From NCBI GenBank assembly GCA_002707025.1, contig PALG01000017.1, forward strand, positions 43,906-107,905: a DNA stretch of 64,000 bases, written 5' to 3'. Numbering within the stretch: position 1 is the first letter of the stretch; each line of letters opens with the position of its first letter. The position numbers and the translations under genes were made by a program. Shown here piece after piece: positions 18,972 through 30,179 of this stretch. Source of the stretch: Flavobacteriaceae bacterium (lineage in GTDB: Bacteria > Bacteroidota > Bacteroidia > Flavobacteriales > Flavobacteriaceae). The notes under the pieces were generated by a model. That model was given only the letters and a program-made list of their open reading frames with translations, ran no database searches and was not told where the DNA came from.

Positions 18972-21900
18972 TTAGGCTTCCGAAGGAGTTTCATCCAATT
19001 CATTGATTACCTTTCTTGTTTTTCTTCGCCACCACATCTTAAACTTCGTAATCAAGAAAAATGCGATGGGGACAAAAACCAGCGTTAGGAAGGTGGCGAC
19101 AAATAGCCCATAAATTACCGTCCAGGCCAGTGGCCCCCAGAAAATCACGTTATCTCCACCCATATAAATGTTGGGGTTGAAGTCTTTGAAGAGGGTAAAA
19201 AAGTTGATATTTAAACCAATTGCCAATGGAATCAATCCTAGGATGGTCGTAATGGCCGTTAGCAAAACAGGTCTTAAACGGGCTTTTCCAGCCCTTACAA
19301 TAGCCTCGAACAAATCGTCTACTTCCAGATATTGGTCTTCATCCATATCCAGCTGTACCTTTTTACGATCTATGAGCAATTGTGCATAATCCAGCAGTAC
19401 CACTCCGTTATTTACCACCACTCCTGCAAGGGAGATGATCCCTACCATGGTCATCATGATGACAAAGGCGTTTCCAGAAATAACAATGCCTCCAAAAACT
19501 CCAATTAAACTTAAGAAAATGGCCGACATGATGATGGCTGGTTTTGAAACAGAATTGAACTGAAAAATCAGAATAAAGAAAATGAGTCCCAATCCTGTGA
19601 AAAATGCTCCCATTAAGAAGGCCATTTGCTTGTTCTGTTCTTCAATTTGGCCTGTATAATCAATTTTGATATCATTGGGTAAGCCTTCAAAGCTTCGCAT
19701 TTCATTCTGGATTTGTCCTACCACGGCACCTGCATCAGTATACCCAGGGGCGAGAGCCGAATAGACCGTAACCACTCGCTTCGTGTCTTTATGTTTGATA
19801 GCACTAAACCCCGAAGAGTTTTCATAATCGGCTACGGCCGAAACGGGGATTTCCTTAATTTGGCCCGAAGCCATATCCCTAAAAGTGATTTTTTGATTGA
19901 ATAAAGCACTTTTGTCATATCGGTTTTCTTCATTGAAACGAACGTATATATCAAAATCATCTCCGTCTTCCTTGTAAATCCCTGCTTTGGAACCAAAAAT
20001 GGAATTACGAAGCTGTTGCCCCACTTGAGAAGCACTAATTCCTAGTTCCCCTGCTTTTTCGCGATCTACGACCACGCGGGTAATAGGTTTATTTTTGTTA
20101 ACGTCAATTTTTAATTCATCAATACCTCCAATATTTTTGCTATTGATGTATTCTCGCATTTGTTCGGCCGTATTGATGAGTTCGTCATAATCGCTACCCT
20201 CCAGCTCAATATTAATAGGAGCTCCAGCAGGAGGCCCTGCGGCATCCTTTTCTACAGAAATAAGAACGCCGGGGTAAATACCTACCAAAGCCTTTTGGAC
20301 TTTTTGGCGCAACAACTCACTGTCTTCGCCTCTTCGGTATTTAAATTCACGCATGGATGCTGTAATCTTGGCTTTATGGGGCATTTCGGCAGCAGAACCA
20401 CCATCGGTTTGTGGGTTTCCAGCTCCTTCCCCTACTTGGGATACCGCACTTTCAACCATGTAATTATAACCGCCTTCCATGTATTGCTCTTGATTCAGTA
20501 CATCGTATACGCGTTTTTCTATCTCCTTAGTAATGGTATTGGTTTTTTCAATAGCAGTCCCTTCGGGGTATTCGATATAGACAATAATCTGGTTCGGGAT
20601 ATTATCTGGAAAGAATTCCACTTTGGTTCGTTGTGTGCTTAGGGAGATTCCAAATGAAACAAAAGCGATGATCAATAGTACGAAGGTTCCGATACTAAAC
20701 GCATAGGGTCTCCAACCCGAAAGGGCCCAACGCAATTGATTTTCATAAAAACGTTCGAGCCGTACCAAGGTTTTTGTCTGGAAATTATTGGCCCATTTCC
20801 GAAGAAACAATCGGTAGGCCCACAGCATGATTGCTGTAAACACCATTAATGTACCCAGCGCTCTATATTCTCCTGCGACCAAGAACACCACCAATCCTAA
20901 AAAGGCCATGATGCTAGTGAGCATGATGATCTTTTTTAAAGGCATGTCTTTATCCTCAATGGTCATAAACTGAGAGACCAATACCGAGTTAAAGAAAATT
21001 GCGACAAAGAGGGAAGACCCAAGTACAATCGATAGGGTTTGTGGTAAAATCATCATGAATTCTCCCATAATCCCAGGCCATAAACCTAAAGGGATAAAAG
21101 CAGCTACGGTCGTGGCTGTGGAAATGATAATAGGAAAGGCAATTTCGCCAATTCCTTTTTTAGCAGCTTCAATACGGCTCATGCCTTCTTCGTCCATTAA
21201 ACGATACACGTTCTCCACGACCACAATTCCGTTATCAACCAGCATCCCAAGTCCCATGATCAACCCAAAGAGTACCATGGTGTTTAAGGTAATCCCAAAC
21301 ATGTTTAAAATCATTAAGGACATGAACATGGACATCGGGATAGCAAAGCCCACGAAAATAGCGTTCTTAAAGCCTAGGAAGAACATTAAAACAGTCACTA
21401 CAAGAATAACCCCAAAGATGATGTTATTCACCAGGTCGTCTACCTGCCCAATCGTTACCGAAGATTGGTCGTTGGCAATAGTAACTTCCAGGTCGGGTGG
21501 AAACACATTTTCCCGGGCATCCTTTACAATGAGCTGAATTTCCTCTGCAGCGGCCACCATGTTCTTTCCAGCTCTTTTCTTTACATCTAGCATGACCACG
21601 GGCTCCCCAAACTCTCTCGCAAAAGTGGTTTTGTCTTCTTCCTGAAAGGAAACCGAAGCGACATCCTTCAAATAAATGGGGTTGTTGTTTTCAGACTTTA
21701 CTACGAAGTTCTCCAGTTCGGAAGGATCATCAATTTCTCCTAAAACACGAATGGTTCTACGTTGGCCGCTGGCTTTCATATTTCCAGCAGACATGGTCAC
21801 GTTTCCACTGCTAATGGAATTGATGATATCGCTGAAAGTAACTTTGGAAGCCATCATTTTATAGATGTCTACCGCCACTTCCACTTCTTTTTCCTGAGCG

Positions 21901-22478
21901 CCGCGAATAGCCACTTCCTTAATTTCCAAAAGATCTTCAATTTCATCCTGAAGGTATTCCCCATATTCCTTTAATTTTTCAATAGGGTAGTCTCCTGAAA
22001 TATTGATGTTTAGGATGGGAATCTCTTCTGAAAGGCTTAGCTCGAACACATCGGGTTCTACCTTGGCTCCATTAAATGTGGGCCAGTCCTCACCGGCGGT
22101 CTTCGATTCAACCTCGTCTTTCACTTTTAGTTTGGCTTCTTCAACAGTGATGTTTTCGTCAAACTCTACAATAACCATGGCGTAATCCTCGGAAGACGTT
22201 GAGGTAATTTCAACTACATTACTTACGGTTTTTAGTTCATCTTCCAAGGGATCGGTGATGAGTTTCTCAATATCCTCTGCTGTGTTTCCAGGATAAATAG
22301 TACTTATGTAAATCTTGGTTTCGTTTACCTCTGGGAAATTTTCCCGAGGCATGTCAAAAAAAGCACTTACCCCAAGGTAAAAGAATACCAAGATGAGCAC
22401 ATATATAGTGGTTTTATTGTTGATGGCCCAAGAGGAGAGTCCAAACTCTTTCTCGACTTTCTTTTGTCTTTCGGTCAT
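18972..22478 (-). CDS. RND efflux transporter permease (AcrB/CzcA-type)
   Basis: 1168 aa in the typical 12-TM, two-large-loop layout, following MFP and TolC genes. Confidence 0.88.
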   Translation of the reverse strand: MTERQKKVEKEFGLSSWAINNKTTIYVLILVFFYLGVSAFFDMPRENFPEVNETKIYISTIYPGNTAEDIEKLITDPLEDELKTVSNVVEITSTSSEDYAMVIVEFDENITVEEAKLKVKDEVESKTAGEDWPTFNGAKVEPDVFELSLSEEIPILNINISGDYPIEKLKEYGEYLQDEIEDLLEIKEVAIRGAQEKEVEVAVDIYKMMASKVTFSDIINSISSGNVTMSAGNMKASGQRRTIRVLGEIDDPSELENFVVKSENNNPIYLKDVASVSFQEEDKTTFAREFGEPVVMLDVKKRAGKNMVAAAEEIQLIVKDARENVFPPDLEVTIANDQSSVTIGQVDDLVNNIIFGVILVVTVLMFFLGFKNAIFVGFAIPMSMFMSLMILNMFGITLNTMVLFGLIMGLGMLVDNGIVVVENVYRLMDEEGMSRIEAAKKGIGEIAFPIIISTATTVAAFIPLGLWPGIMGEFMMILPQTLSIVLGSSLFVAIFFNSVLVSQFMTIEDKDMPLKKIIMLTSIMAFLGLVVFLVAGEYRALGTLMVFTAIMLWAYRLFLRKWANNFQTKTLVRLERFYENQLRWALSGWRPYAFSIGTFVLLIIAFVSFGISLSTQRTKVEFFPDNIPNQIIVYIEYPEGTAIEKTNTITKEIEKRVYDVLNQEQYMEGGYNYMVESAVSQVGEGAGNPQTDGGSAAEMPHKAKITASMREFKYRRGEDSELLRQKVQKALVGIYPGVLISVEKDAAGPPAGAPINIELEGSDYDELINTAEQMREYINSKNIGGIDELKIDVNKNKPITRVVVDREKAGELGISASQVGQQLRNSIFGSKAGIYKEDGDDFDIYVRFNEENRYDKSALFNQKITFRDMASGQIKEIPVSAVADYENSSGFSAIKHKDTKRVVTVYSALAPGYTDAGAVVGQIQNEMRSFEGLPNDIKIDYTGQIEEQNKQMAFLMGAFFTGLGLIFFILIFQFNSVSKPAIIMSAIFLSLIGVFGGIVISGNAFVIMMTMVGIISLAGVVVNNGVVLLDYAQLLIDRKKVQLDMDEDQYLEVDDLFEAIVRAGKARLRPVLLTAITTILGLIPLAIGLNINFFTLFKDFNPNIYMGGDNVIFWGPLAWTVIYGLFVATFLTLVFVPIAFFLITKFKMWWRRKTRKVINELDETPSEA

Positions 22479-22490
22479 TTTTTAGGCTTT

Positions 22491-23684
22491 TTAGTTGTTG
22501 TTGGTGGTTGCTTCTTCCTCGTATTGAATCACTTTAACTGGCTGACTGTCCTTGACACTTCGGGCACCCTCCTTGATGATTTCCATTCCTTCTTCGATAC
22601 CTGAAAGTACTTCAATTACATCTCCTTGGGTTTTTCCGGTAGTGATGATCACTTTCTTGGCAGTTCCTTCATTTTCCGAGTTTTTTTCTTCTACCGCATA
22701 GACGTATTGCTCCCCTTCCGCATTTTCAGAAATGATGCTCTGTGGAATTAAAATAGCTTTTTCACTGGTATAATCATTTATCTGAAGCTTTGCAGTTAAG
22801 TTAGGTTTTACGGTATGCTCCTTATTGGGAATGCCAATTTCTACTTTAAAAGTTCGATTGGCAGGGTTGATGTAATCCCCAGCTTGGCGTACTTCCGTAT
22901 CGATGGTCTTGCCTAATACAGGAAAGGTTGCTTTTACCTTTTTCCCTTTGGTGACATCTTTTACATAACGTTCGGGAACTTCTGTCTCAATGTACATATT
23001 GTCCAAATTTACCAAGCGCATAAGGGGTGTTTGCCCTGCAGCGACCACGCTTCCTTGTTCGGTAATCACATCGTCTATCGTGCCTGAAAACGGGGCTTTT
23101 ACTATTGTTTTCGCCACTTGTTGTTTCAGCTGGTCTACTGCTTTGGATTGAGCTTCATAATTCGACTTGGCCTGTAAATATTGAATTTCACTCCCAATTT
23201 TTTGATCCCACAAACGCTTCTGGCGCTCGTAGGTGGTCTTAGCCAAATCGGCTTGTACTTCCAATTGGGCCAACTGCTGACTCAAACCTCCATCATCAAT
23301 CTTTGCCAAGGTTTGCCCTTTACTCACTTTTTGTCCTTCCGTAACGTAAACCTGTGTTAGGATACCATTGTATTCTGGGGTAATAACGAGAAGGTTCTTT
23401 GTGGTGACATTTCCTTGAATTTCAAAAAAGTGATTGAATTCCTCCTGTTTTGCCGTAATGGTCGTAATCAACGGGACATTTCTTACGGTATCCAGTTTTG
23501 CAATGGCATCGTCTATTTGGCGCAATTCTTCGTGGATATTGGTTTGTTGGGTGACAATTTCGGCCCTTTTTGCCCTTAAGGCTTCTAGATCGCCCGATTC
23601 AATTATAGATTGGGTTGATTTTTGATCCCCGCCGCAAGCGGTTAAAAATAGTGGGATGCTAAGTAAGGTGAATATTTTTTTCAT
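22491..23684 (-). CDS. RND efflux periplasmic adaptor (HlyD/MFP family) lipoprotein
   Basis: 397 aa. Lipobox LFLTACGG, coiled-coil region, beta-barrel region. Confidence 0.85.
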   Translation of the reverse strand: MKKIFTLLSIPLFLTACGGDQKSTQSIIESGDLEALRAKRAEIVTQQTNIHEELRQIDDAIAKLDTVRNVPLITTITAKQEEFNHFFEIQGNVTTKNLLVITPEYNGILTQVYVTEGQKVSKGQTLAKIDDGGLSQQLAQLEVQADLAKTTYERQKRLWDQKIGSEIQYLQAKSNYEAQSKAVDQLKQQVAKTIVKAPFSGTIDDVITEQGSVVAAGQTPLMRLVNLDNMYIETEVPERYVKDVTKGKKVKATFPVLGKTIDTEVRQAGDYINPANRTFKVEIGIPNKEHTVKPNLTAKLQINDYTSEKAILIPQSIISENAEGEQYVYAVEEKNSENEGTAKKVIITTGKTQGDVIEVLSGIEEGMEIIKEGARSVKDSQPVKVIQYEEEATTNNN

Positions 23685-23711
23685 GATTATATGGTTCTGG
23701 TTGATGATTTT

Positions 23712-25061
23712 CTAGTTGTTGATTTCAGGTGAATTTAACAGGGTTTCCAAAGTTGCTTTGGCGTTGATTACGTCCAGCATGGATTGAAAATATTGTTGTT
23801 GTGCGCTATACAATTGGGTCTGCGCTTGACGTAAATCGAAACTTGTCGAGATTCCTTCAGTGAATTTCACTTGATTTTTGTTTTCAATACGTTGGGCTAA
23901 CGCAAGGTTCTTTTTGGCGTTTTCATATTTATCGATGGTAAATTGATAATTACTCTTTGCATTATCGTATTCCAATTTGATATTTTGAACCGTTTCTTCA
24001 AATTGAGTTTTGGCTTGGTCCAAAGCAATTTTAGCTTGTTGAGTTCTAGCGCTTCGCATACCACTACTAAAAATAGGGATGTTCATTTGAAGTCCGAGAA
24101 TAGAGGATTGAAACCAGCGTTGATCGCTGTCCAAAAAGGTAAAGTCGTTACTATTGGCTTGCGTTCCATAATTTACAAAGGCCGAAAGTGAAGGCAAGGC
24201 CTTACTTTTTTCCAGCTTCATTTCCAATTTTCTTTGTTCAATCAAATTATTCGCTATTCTATAATCAATGTTTTCCTCCAAGCTTAAATCTTCATTCAAA
24301 AAGGTTAACTGAATATTTTGCTGTGTTAAAGCATCCAAATCTTCGGTTAAGGTTACAGGTGTATTGATGTCAAGTCCTAGCGCGACATTAAACATTTGAC
24401 GAGCAATTAAAAGCGATCGCTCTGCGTTGCTAAGATTGGTATTGATATCCAAAAGAGTAATCTCTAGTTGCTCCACACTTTCCTCTTCTGTAAGTCCGTT
24501 TTCAAAAATCTTTCGGGTTTCATAGAGGTTTTCTTCTAGATTTTTTTGGTTTTTCTGAAAGATGGCCACCAATTCTTCTGCCAATAAAACACTGCCATAC
24601 GAATTGATAACCCCTTTTCTTACTTCAAGGAGTGTTTTTTCGGTAGCATTTTCAGAATAATCCAGAAAAACCTTTGCAGCCTGAAGCCCCACCAAATAAC
24701 TTCCGTCAAAAATAAGTTGGTTAAGGGTGGCCACTGCATTAGCGTTTTGTTTGGTTCCGAAGGTCACCGGTACAAAAGAACCTGGTTCGCCTCCAGCTAT
24801 TTCCCCCGGAATTAGGGTAACAGGTTGCTTTAAGTTGTTGTTATAGGAAACATTGGCGCTAATTTGTGGTAATCCAGAGGCGGTCGTCTCCCACTTTTGT
24901 TTAATGGCTTTGGCAATATCCCTTCTGGCATTCAAGGCAGTGTAATTACTATCCAAAGCAAAAGTCACTGCTTCTTCCAACGAAAAGGAGTAGCTCCTTT
25001 CTTGTGCAAAGGAAACTGCCGAAATTAAAAGCAGTAGGATAATGATTGGTTTTTTAGTCAT
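23712..25061 (-). CDS. TolC-family outer membrane efflux protein
   Basis: Start chosen at MTKKPIIILLLLISAVSFAQ. Two TolC-like repeats. Overlaps the TetR stop by 8 nt. Confidence 0.85.
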   Translation of the reverse strand: MTKKPIIILLLLISAVSFAQERSYSFSLEEAVTFALDSNYTALNARRDIAKAIKQKWETTASGLPQISANVSYNNNLKQPVTLIPGEIAGGEPGSFVPVTFGTKQNANAVATLNQLIFDGSYLVGLQAAKVFLDYSENATEKTLLEVRKGVINSYGSVLLAEELVAIFQKNQKNLEENLYETRKIFENGLTEEESVEQLEITLLDINTNLSNAERSLLIARQMFNVALGLDINTPVTLTEDLDALTQQNIQLTFLNEDLSLEENIDYRIANNLIEQRKLEMKLEKSKALPSLSAFVNYGTQANSNDFTFLDSDQRWFQSSILGLQMNIPIFSSGMRSARTQQAKIALDQAKTQFEETVQNIKLEYDNAKSNYQFTIDKYENAKKNLALAQRIENKNQVKFTEGISTSFDLRQAQTQLYSAQQQYFQSMLDVINAKATLETLLNSPEINN

Positions 25062-25662
25062 GAGTTTGTGTATTGATGAATTGATTGAGAATTTCTTTTC
25101 CTTTATCGGTAACAATCCCCCGAAGGTGGTATTCCAGGTAATCTTCCATGATCATGGATTTTGGAAACTGTTGCGGTGGGAAAATGGTTTCATTATTAAT
25201 TTCACTAAGTGCCAGAAAGTAAATTCTGGAAATAAAATGGATGTTGATATTCTTTCTGTAGAACCCTTGTGAAACCCCTCTTTGCAAGTTATTTACAGTG
25301 CATTCGTTCATGTTTTCGAATTTCATTTCCTGAACCATTTTATAGATTTCAGGGTAATATTTCTGAAGTTGGTACTGTGGGGAGGCCTTTTCGTTTTTCA
25401 ACTGAAGCATTGCGAATTTTTTTACTTCATAGAGCTCCTCAATAGGGTTCTTTTCCTGGGCAATGATATGATCTATCCCGCAAGTGATGGTATGAAATAC
25501 AGAAAGTACCGTTTCCTTTACCAATTGGGTTTTATTTTTAAAGTGGGAGTAAATGGTTTTTTTGGAAATGCCCATCTCTTGTGCGATATCGTCCATGGTC
25601 ACACTTTTAAAACCAAGGTTGATAAACATTTCGGCCGATTTTTGGATAATTTTTTCTTTCAT
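25054..25662 (-). CDS. TetR/AcrR-family transcriptional regulator
   Basis: Start chosen at MKEKIIQKSAEMF. HTH VTMDDIAQEMGISKKTIYSHF. First gene of the efflux operon. A TACATTTG box lies at 25672..25679 (minus). Confidence 0.85.
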   Translation of the reverse strand: MKEKIIQKSAEMFINLGFKSVTMDDIAQEMGISKKTIYSHFKNKTQLVKETVLSVFHTITCGIDHIIAQEKNPIEELYEVKKFAMLQLKNEKASPQYQLQKYYPEIYKMVQEMKFENMNECTVNNLQRGVSQGFYRKNINIHFISRIYFLALSEINNETIFPPQQFPKSMIMEDYLEYHLRGIVTDKGKEILNQFINTQTHD

Positions 25663-25802
25663 AAGGAGGTGCAAATGTAGCCTAGGAAACTTTAAAAACA
25701 AAAAAAGTTTCCAAAGTTTTAAAATTATTTAACATTGGCGATATTTTAGGTTGCCGTAAGGTTATTTAAATAGCAAGATGTATTTTAGTGGCAAAATTTG
25801 TT

Positions 25803-26777
25803 ATGAAAGCGCTTTCCCAATACAAAGGGTTCCTTGAGGACTACTTAAAAACTGCTGTAGTGGTAAAAGAACCGAAGCATTTATACGAACCCATTGAATA
25901 CATACTTTCTTTGGGAGGCAAACGCTTACGCCCTGTACTTACTTTAATGTCTTGCGACTATTTTGGGGGTGAGTACCGAAAGGCCATTCATGCTTCCTTG
26001 GCGGTAGAATTGTTCCATAATTTTTCTTTAATCCACGATGACATTATGGATGAGGCGCCCCTGCGAAGAGGCAAAGAAACGGTGCATCAAAAATGGGATA
26101 TCAATACCGGAATCCTTTCGGGCGACGCCATGCTTATTTTGGCCTATCAATTTTTTGAACAGTACGAACCCGCACTTTTTCAGGAATTGGCAAAATTGTT
26201 CAGTAAAACAGCGATGGAAGTTTGTGAAGGACAACAATACGATGTAGATTTTGAAACCCGAAACGATGTTTCGGTTCCCGAGTATTTAAAAATGATCGAA
26301 TATAAAACAGCGGTTTTGGTGGCTGCAGCCCTACAGATGGGAGCGATTGTAGCGGGTGCTTCGGAAGGTTGTAAAGCGGGGGTCTATGAATTTGGAAGGA
26401 ATTTAGGGATTGCTTTTCAACTTCAGGATGATTATTTGGATGCCTTCGGAAATCCGGAAACCTTCGGGAAACAATTGGGGGGCGATATCCTGGCGAATAA
26501 AAAAACGTATCTGTATTTACTGGCCAAGCAAAAGGGTACTCCCTCTGAAGTCGCCAAACTAGAAAATTGGTTTCAGTTTAAAGAAGGCAATTCCGAAGAA
26601 AAAGTGATACAAGTAAAAAGTATTTTCGAGAAAACCGGTGCAGCTTCCGCTACTCAAGAAGCCATAGAAAAATACACCAATGAAGCCTTTCAGGTATTAA
26701 CTACTTTACAGATTTCAGAAGACAAAAAAGATAAGTTACGTGAATTCGGACTTTGGTTGATGCGACGTACGGTTTAG
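25803..26777 (+). CDS. polyprenyl diphosphate synthase (trans-IPPS, FPP/GGPP-type)
   Basis: Asp-rich motifs LIHDDIMDE and FQLQDDYLD. The ATG at 25803 is preferred over the upstream GTG. Confidence 0.85.
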   Translation: MKALSQYKGFLEDYLKTAVVVKEPKHLYEPIEYILSLGGKRLRPVLTLMSCDYFGGEYRKAIHASLAVELFHNFSLIHDDIMDEAPLRRGKETVHQKWDINTGILSGDAMLILAYQFFEQYEPALFQELAKLFSKTAMEVCEGQQYDVDFETRNDVSVPEYLKMIEYKTAVLVAAALQMGAIVAGASEGCKAGVYEFGRNLGIAFQLQDDYLDAFGNPETFGKQLGGDILANKKTYLYLLAKQKGTPSEVAKLENWFQFKEGNSEEKVIQVKSIFEKTGAASATQEAIEKYTNEAFQVLTTLQISEDKKDKLREFGLWLMRRTV

Positions 26778-27310
26778 AAATAGATTCGTACAAAGGGCAT
26801 CCAGGCATTATTGTAGATGCTTTTGTCTTTGTCGTATAAAACGTCATAGCGAATACCAAAGGTAAAGTTGTCTGCGTGATATCCAGCACCAAAAAACAAG
26901 GCGGGGTACCAATAATTTTGATCGGGATAATTTAAAAAATCCCAGTCCCTGTTCACGCTTAATTCTTCAAACTCTGCCGATAGTTGTATTTCGCGTATGG
27001 GATTGAAAAGTGAAATAAGGCTTCCGCCGTAAACCCAAGATTCATAAATATCACGTTCGCTAGCATAACTTCCTGTAAGGGCGACCCCCAAAGCAAATTG
27101 ATCGTTAAATTCATAAATCGCACTAGGGGATAGGGAGGCTCCAAAAAACCTATTGCCAAACGAAAGTCCGAATCCGCCGCCATAACGAACATGACTCCAA
27201 AAGGAAGAACGGTTTTCGTAAATGTCATTTTCTTCCTGTGAATGGAGTGAATGCCATGAAGTTGTTATAAGACTTATAAATAAGAAGATGAATAGGCTTT
27301 TTTTAATCAT
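26774..27310 (-). CDS. small outer-membrane beta-barrel protein, unknown function
   Basis: 178 aa with a signal peptide, alternating aromatic/Gly beta-strand pattern and C-terminal ...VRIYF. Confidence 0.6.
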   Translation of the reverse strand: MIKKSLFIFLFISLITTSWHSLHSQEENDIYENRSSFWSHVRYGGGFGLSFGNRFFGASLSPSAIYEFNDQFALGVALTGSYASERDIYESWVYGGSLISLFNPIREIQLSAEFEELSVNRDWDFLNYPDQNYWYPALFFGAGYHADNFTFGIRYDVLYDKDKSIYNNAWMPFVRIYF

Positions 27311-27374
27311 AAATGCAAAAGTTTAAAATCATCATAAATATATTGATTAGCTATCGTTTTTTTCCTAATTGTTG

Positions 27375-27382
27375 TATTTTTG
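27375..27382 (+). promoter_or_regulatory. -7 box TATTTTTG for sucAB
   Basis: TAnnTTTG match 35 nt upstream of the ATG at 27417. Confidence 0.5.
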
Positions 27383-27416
27383 TCTTAAGTATTCAAAAAA
27401 AATAGCCAGAATCCTT

Positions 27417-30161
27417 ATGGATCGATATTCATTCCTCAATGCGGTGCATCCTTCTTACATCGCTGAACTCTATGACAAATACCTTCAATATCCAGATTCA
27501 GTAGAGCCTAGTTGGCGTGCTTTTTTTCAAGGTTTTGATTTTGGAATTGAAAATGGTTCCTTAGAAGCTTTAGGAATTGATGGGGTTAACGGAATCCCAG
27601 AAAACATGCTGAAGGAGTTCCAAGTTATCAAATTAATTGATGGATATCGCAATCGAGGACACCTTTTTACCAAAACCAATCCGGTAAGGGAGCGTAGAAA
27701 ATACAGTCCGAAGTTGGATCTAGAAAACTTTGGTCTTTCGGAAGAGGACTTAGAAACCGAATTTGAAGCAGGCTCTGTCTTAGGAATTGGTAAAGCTTCC
27801 CTAAAGGAAATCGTTCGTCATCTCGACACGATTTATTGCGATTCCATTGGAATTGAATACATGTATATACGTAATCCTGAAGAAATTCAATGGATTCAAA
27901 ACTGGCTTAATGTAAATGATAATCACCCAAAGTTTTCAGAAGAAGAAAAAAAACACATCCTTAAAAAACTGAATGAAGCGCTTTCCTTCGAAACTTTCTT
28001 GCATTCTAAATATGTAGGGCAGAAACGTTTCTCTATTGAAGGAGTAGATGCGGTGATTCCTGGATTGGATACCTTAATTCAAAAAGGTTCAGAGAAAGGA
28101 ATTGAACAGTTTGTGGTAGGGATGGCACACCGAGGGCGTTTAAATGTTTTGGCCAATATCTTCGGAAAATCCCCTGAAGCTATTTTTAGTGAGTTTGATA
28201 GTAAAGAATACGACGAAGAAGAGTTGTTTGATGGTGATGTAAAATACCATATGGGTTGGACCAGTTTCCGGGAAACCGACAAAGGAAAGAAGGTGCGTAT
28301 GGATTTAGCTCCCAACCCCTCTCACTTAGAGACCGTAAACGCTGTAGTAGAAGGAATTTCCAGGGCAAAAGTGGACAACAAGTTACAAGGGGATGCTAAA
28401 AAAATACTTCCTATCCTTATTCATGGTGATGCTGCAATTGCTGGACAGGGGGTGGTATATGAAGTAGTGCAAATGGCACAATTGGAAGGTTATAAAACTG
28501 GAGGGACTATTCACGTAGTGGCTAATAACCAAGTGGGTTTTACAACCAATTATCTTGATGCTCGATCTTCCACCTATTGTACCGATGTGGGTAAGGTAAC
28601 CCTTTCCCCTGTATTGCATGTAAATGCAGATGATGTAGAAGCAGTTTGCCATGCCTTTGCTTTTGCATTAGACTTTAGGATGCAATTTGGAAGGGATGTC
28701 TTTATAGATGTGTTGGGCTATAGAAAATATGGGCACAACGAGGGCGATGAGCCTCGATTTACACAACCCAAGTTGTACAAGGCTATATCAAAACATGAGA
28801 ACCCTAGGGATATCTACGCTGGCCGATTAAAAAAAGAGGGAATTATCGATGATAATTACGTGGCCCAGTTGGAAAAGCAATATAAGTCTGAATTGGAAGA
28901 AGATTTGGAGGAATCTAGAAAGAAAGATAAAACAGTGATTACTGAAATCTTGGCCGATGACTGGAAGGATTATAAAATGGGAGATTTACAAGCCATTTTA
29001 ACCCCCGTGGATACCACCTTCGATCTTGAAAAGCTTGATGCCTTAGCAAAGGGAATAACAGAACTTCCGAAGGATAAAAAATTCATTCGAAAAATACAGC
29101 GAATCATTGAAGACCGCCATAAACGTTATTTTGAAACCAACCAATTGGATTGGGCCATGGGAGAACTCTTAGCCTATGCCACGTTAATGGAAGAAGGATT
29201 TAATGTTCGTATGACAGGACAGGATGTGGAACGAGGAACTTTTTCACACCGTCACGCCATCATAAAAACGGAAGATGATGCCGAAGAAATCAATCTTCAT
29301 AATACCATGGGAGTTGATGGAAAAATGGATATTTACAATTCCTTGCTTTCAGAATATGGAGTGGTAGGTTTTGATTATGGGTATGCCATGGCAGCCCCAA
29401 AAACCCTCACGATATGGGAGGCACAGTTTGGGGATTTTTCCAACGGAGCCCAAATTATGATGGACCAATATATTTCGGCAGCCGAATCGAAATGGAAAGT
29501 GCAAAACGGGTTGGTCATGTTATTACCACATGGTTATGAAGGACAAGGTTCAGAGCATTCCAGTGCCCGTATGGAACGGTACCTTCAATTGTGTTCAAGG
29601 CATAATATGATCATGGCCGATGTGACAACGCCTTCAAATTTTTATCATTTGTTAAGGAGGCACATGAAATGGAATTTCAGAAAACCTCTAGTGGTATTTA
29701 CCCCTAAAAGCTTGCTGCGACACCCTAAGGTCATTTCAACCAAAGAAGAATTGGCCAATGGCAGCTTCCAAGAGGTGATAGATGATACTTCCGTAGACAA
29801 GAAAAAAGTAAAATCCCTTGTGTTCTGTACCGGGAAATTTTATTATGATTTGTTGGAACGAAGGGAAGAAAATGGACGGGAGGATGTAGCCTTAGTGCGA
29901 ATAGAACAATTATTTCCATTGCCAATAGACACCCTTGGTAAAATAATCGATAGTTACCCTAATGCATCCGACTATGTTTGGGCTCAGGAAGAACCCAGAA
30001 ATATGGGAGCCTGGGGCTATATGTTAATGAATTTCAATCTCGAGAAGCTTCGTGTGGCTTCCCGAAACGTGTACAGTTCTCCAGCTGCTGGAAGTAGTGC
30101 ACGTTCCAAAGCACGACATAAAATAGTAATAGACAGTGTTTTTGAAACACCTAATTCCTAA
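27417..30161 (+). CDS. sucA: 2-oxoglutarate dehydrogenase E1 component
   Basis: Start at MDRYSFLNAVHPSYIAELYDKY. Motifs MAHRGRLNVLAN, GDAAIAGQGVVYE, RKYGHNEGDEP. Confidence 0.93.
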   Translation: MDRYSFLNAVHPSYIAELYDKYLQYPDSVEPSWRAFFQGFDFGIENGSLEALGIDGVNGIPENMLKEFQVIKLIDGYRNRGHLFTKTNPVRERRKYSPKLDLENFGLSEEDLETEFEAGSVLGIGKASLKEIVRHLDTIYCDSIGIEYMYIRNPEEIQWIQNWLNVNDNHPKFSEEEKKHILKKLNEALSFETFLHSKYVGQKRFSIEGVDAVIPGLDTLIQKGSEKGIEQFVVGMAHRGRLNVLANIFGKSPEAIFSEFDSKEYDEEELFDGDVKYHMGWTSFRETDKGKKVRMDLAPNPSHLETVNAVVEGISRAKVDNKLQGDAKKILPILIHGDAAIAGQGVVYEVVQMAQLEGYKTGGTIHVVANNQVGFTTNYLDARSSTYCTDVGKVTLSPVLHVNADDVEAVCHAFAFALDFRMQFGRDVFIDVLGYRKYGHNEGDEPRFTQPKLYKAISKHENPRDIYAGRLKKEGIIDDNYVAQLEKQYKSELEEDLEESRKKDKTVITEILADDWKDYKMGDLQAILTPVDTTFDLEKLDALAKGITELPKDKKFIRKIQRIIEDRHKRYFETNQLDWAMGELLAYATLMEEGFNVRMTGQDVERGTFSHRHAIIKTEDDAEEINLHNTMGVDGKMDIYNSLLSEYGVVGFDYGYAMAAPKTLTIWEAQFGDFSNGAQIMMDQYISAAESKWKVQNGLVMLLPHGYEGQGSEHSSARMERYLQLCSRHNMIMADVTTPSNFYHLLRRHMKWNFRKPLVVFTPKSLLRHPKVISTKEELANGSFQEVIDDTSVDKKKVKSLVFCTGKFYYDLLERREENGREDVALVRIEQLFPLPIDTLGKIIDSYPNASDYVWAQEEPRNMGAWGYMLMNFNLEKLRVASRNVYSSPAAGSSARSKARHKIVIDSVFETPNS

Positions 30162-30179
30162 CAGGAAAATTATAGTAAT

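Noticed and set aside
25661-25670. AAGGAGG-like string near the TetR gene start that looked like a Shine-Dalgarno site.
   Set aside because: It is on the plus strand whereas the gene is on the minus strand. In gene orientation it reads CCTCCTT and is not an RBS.
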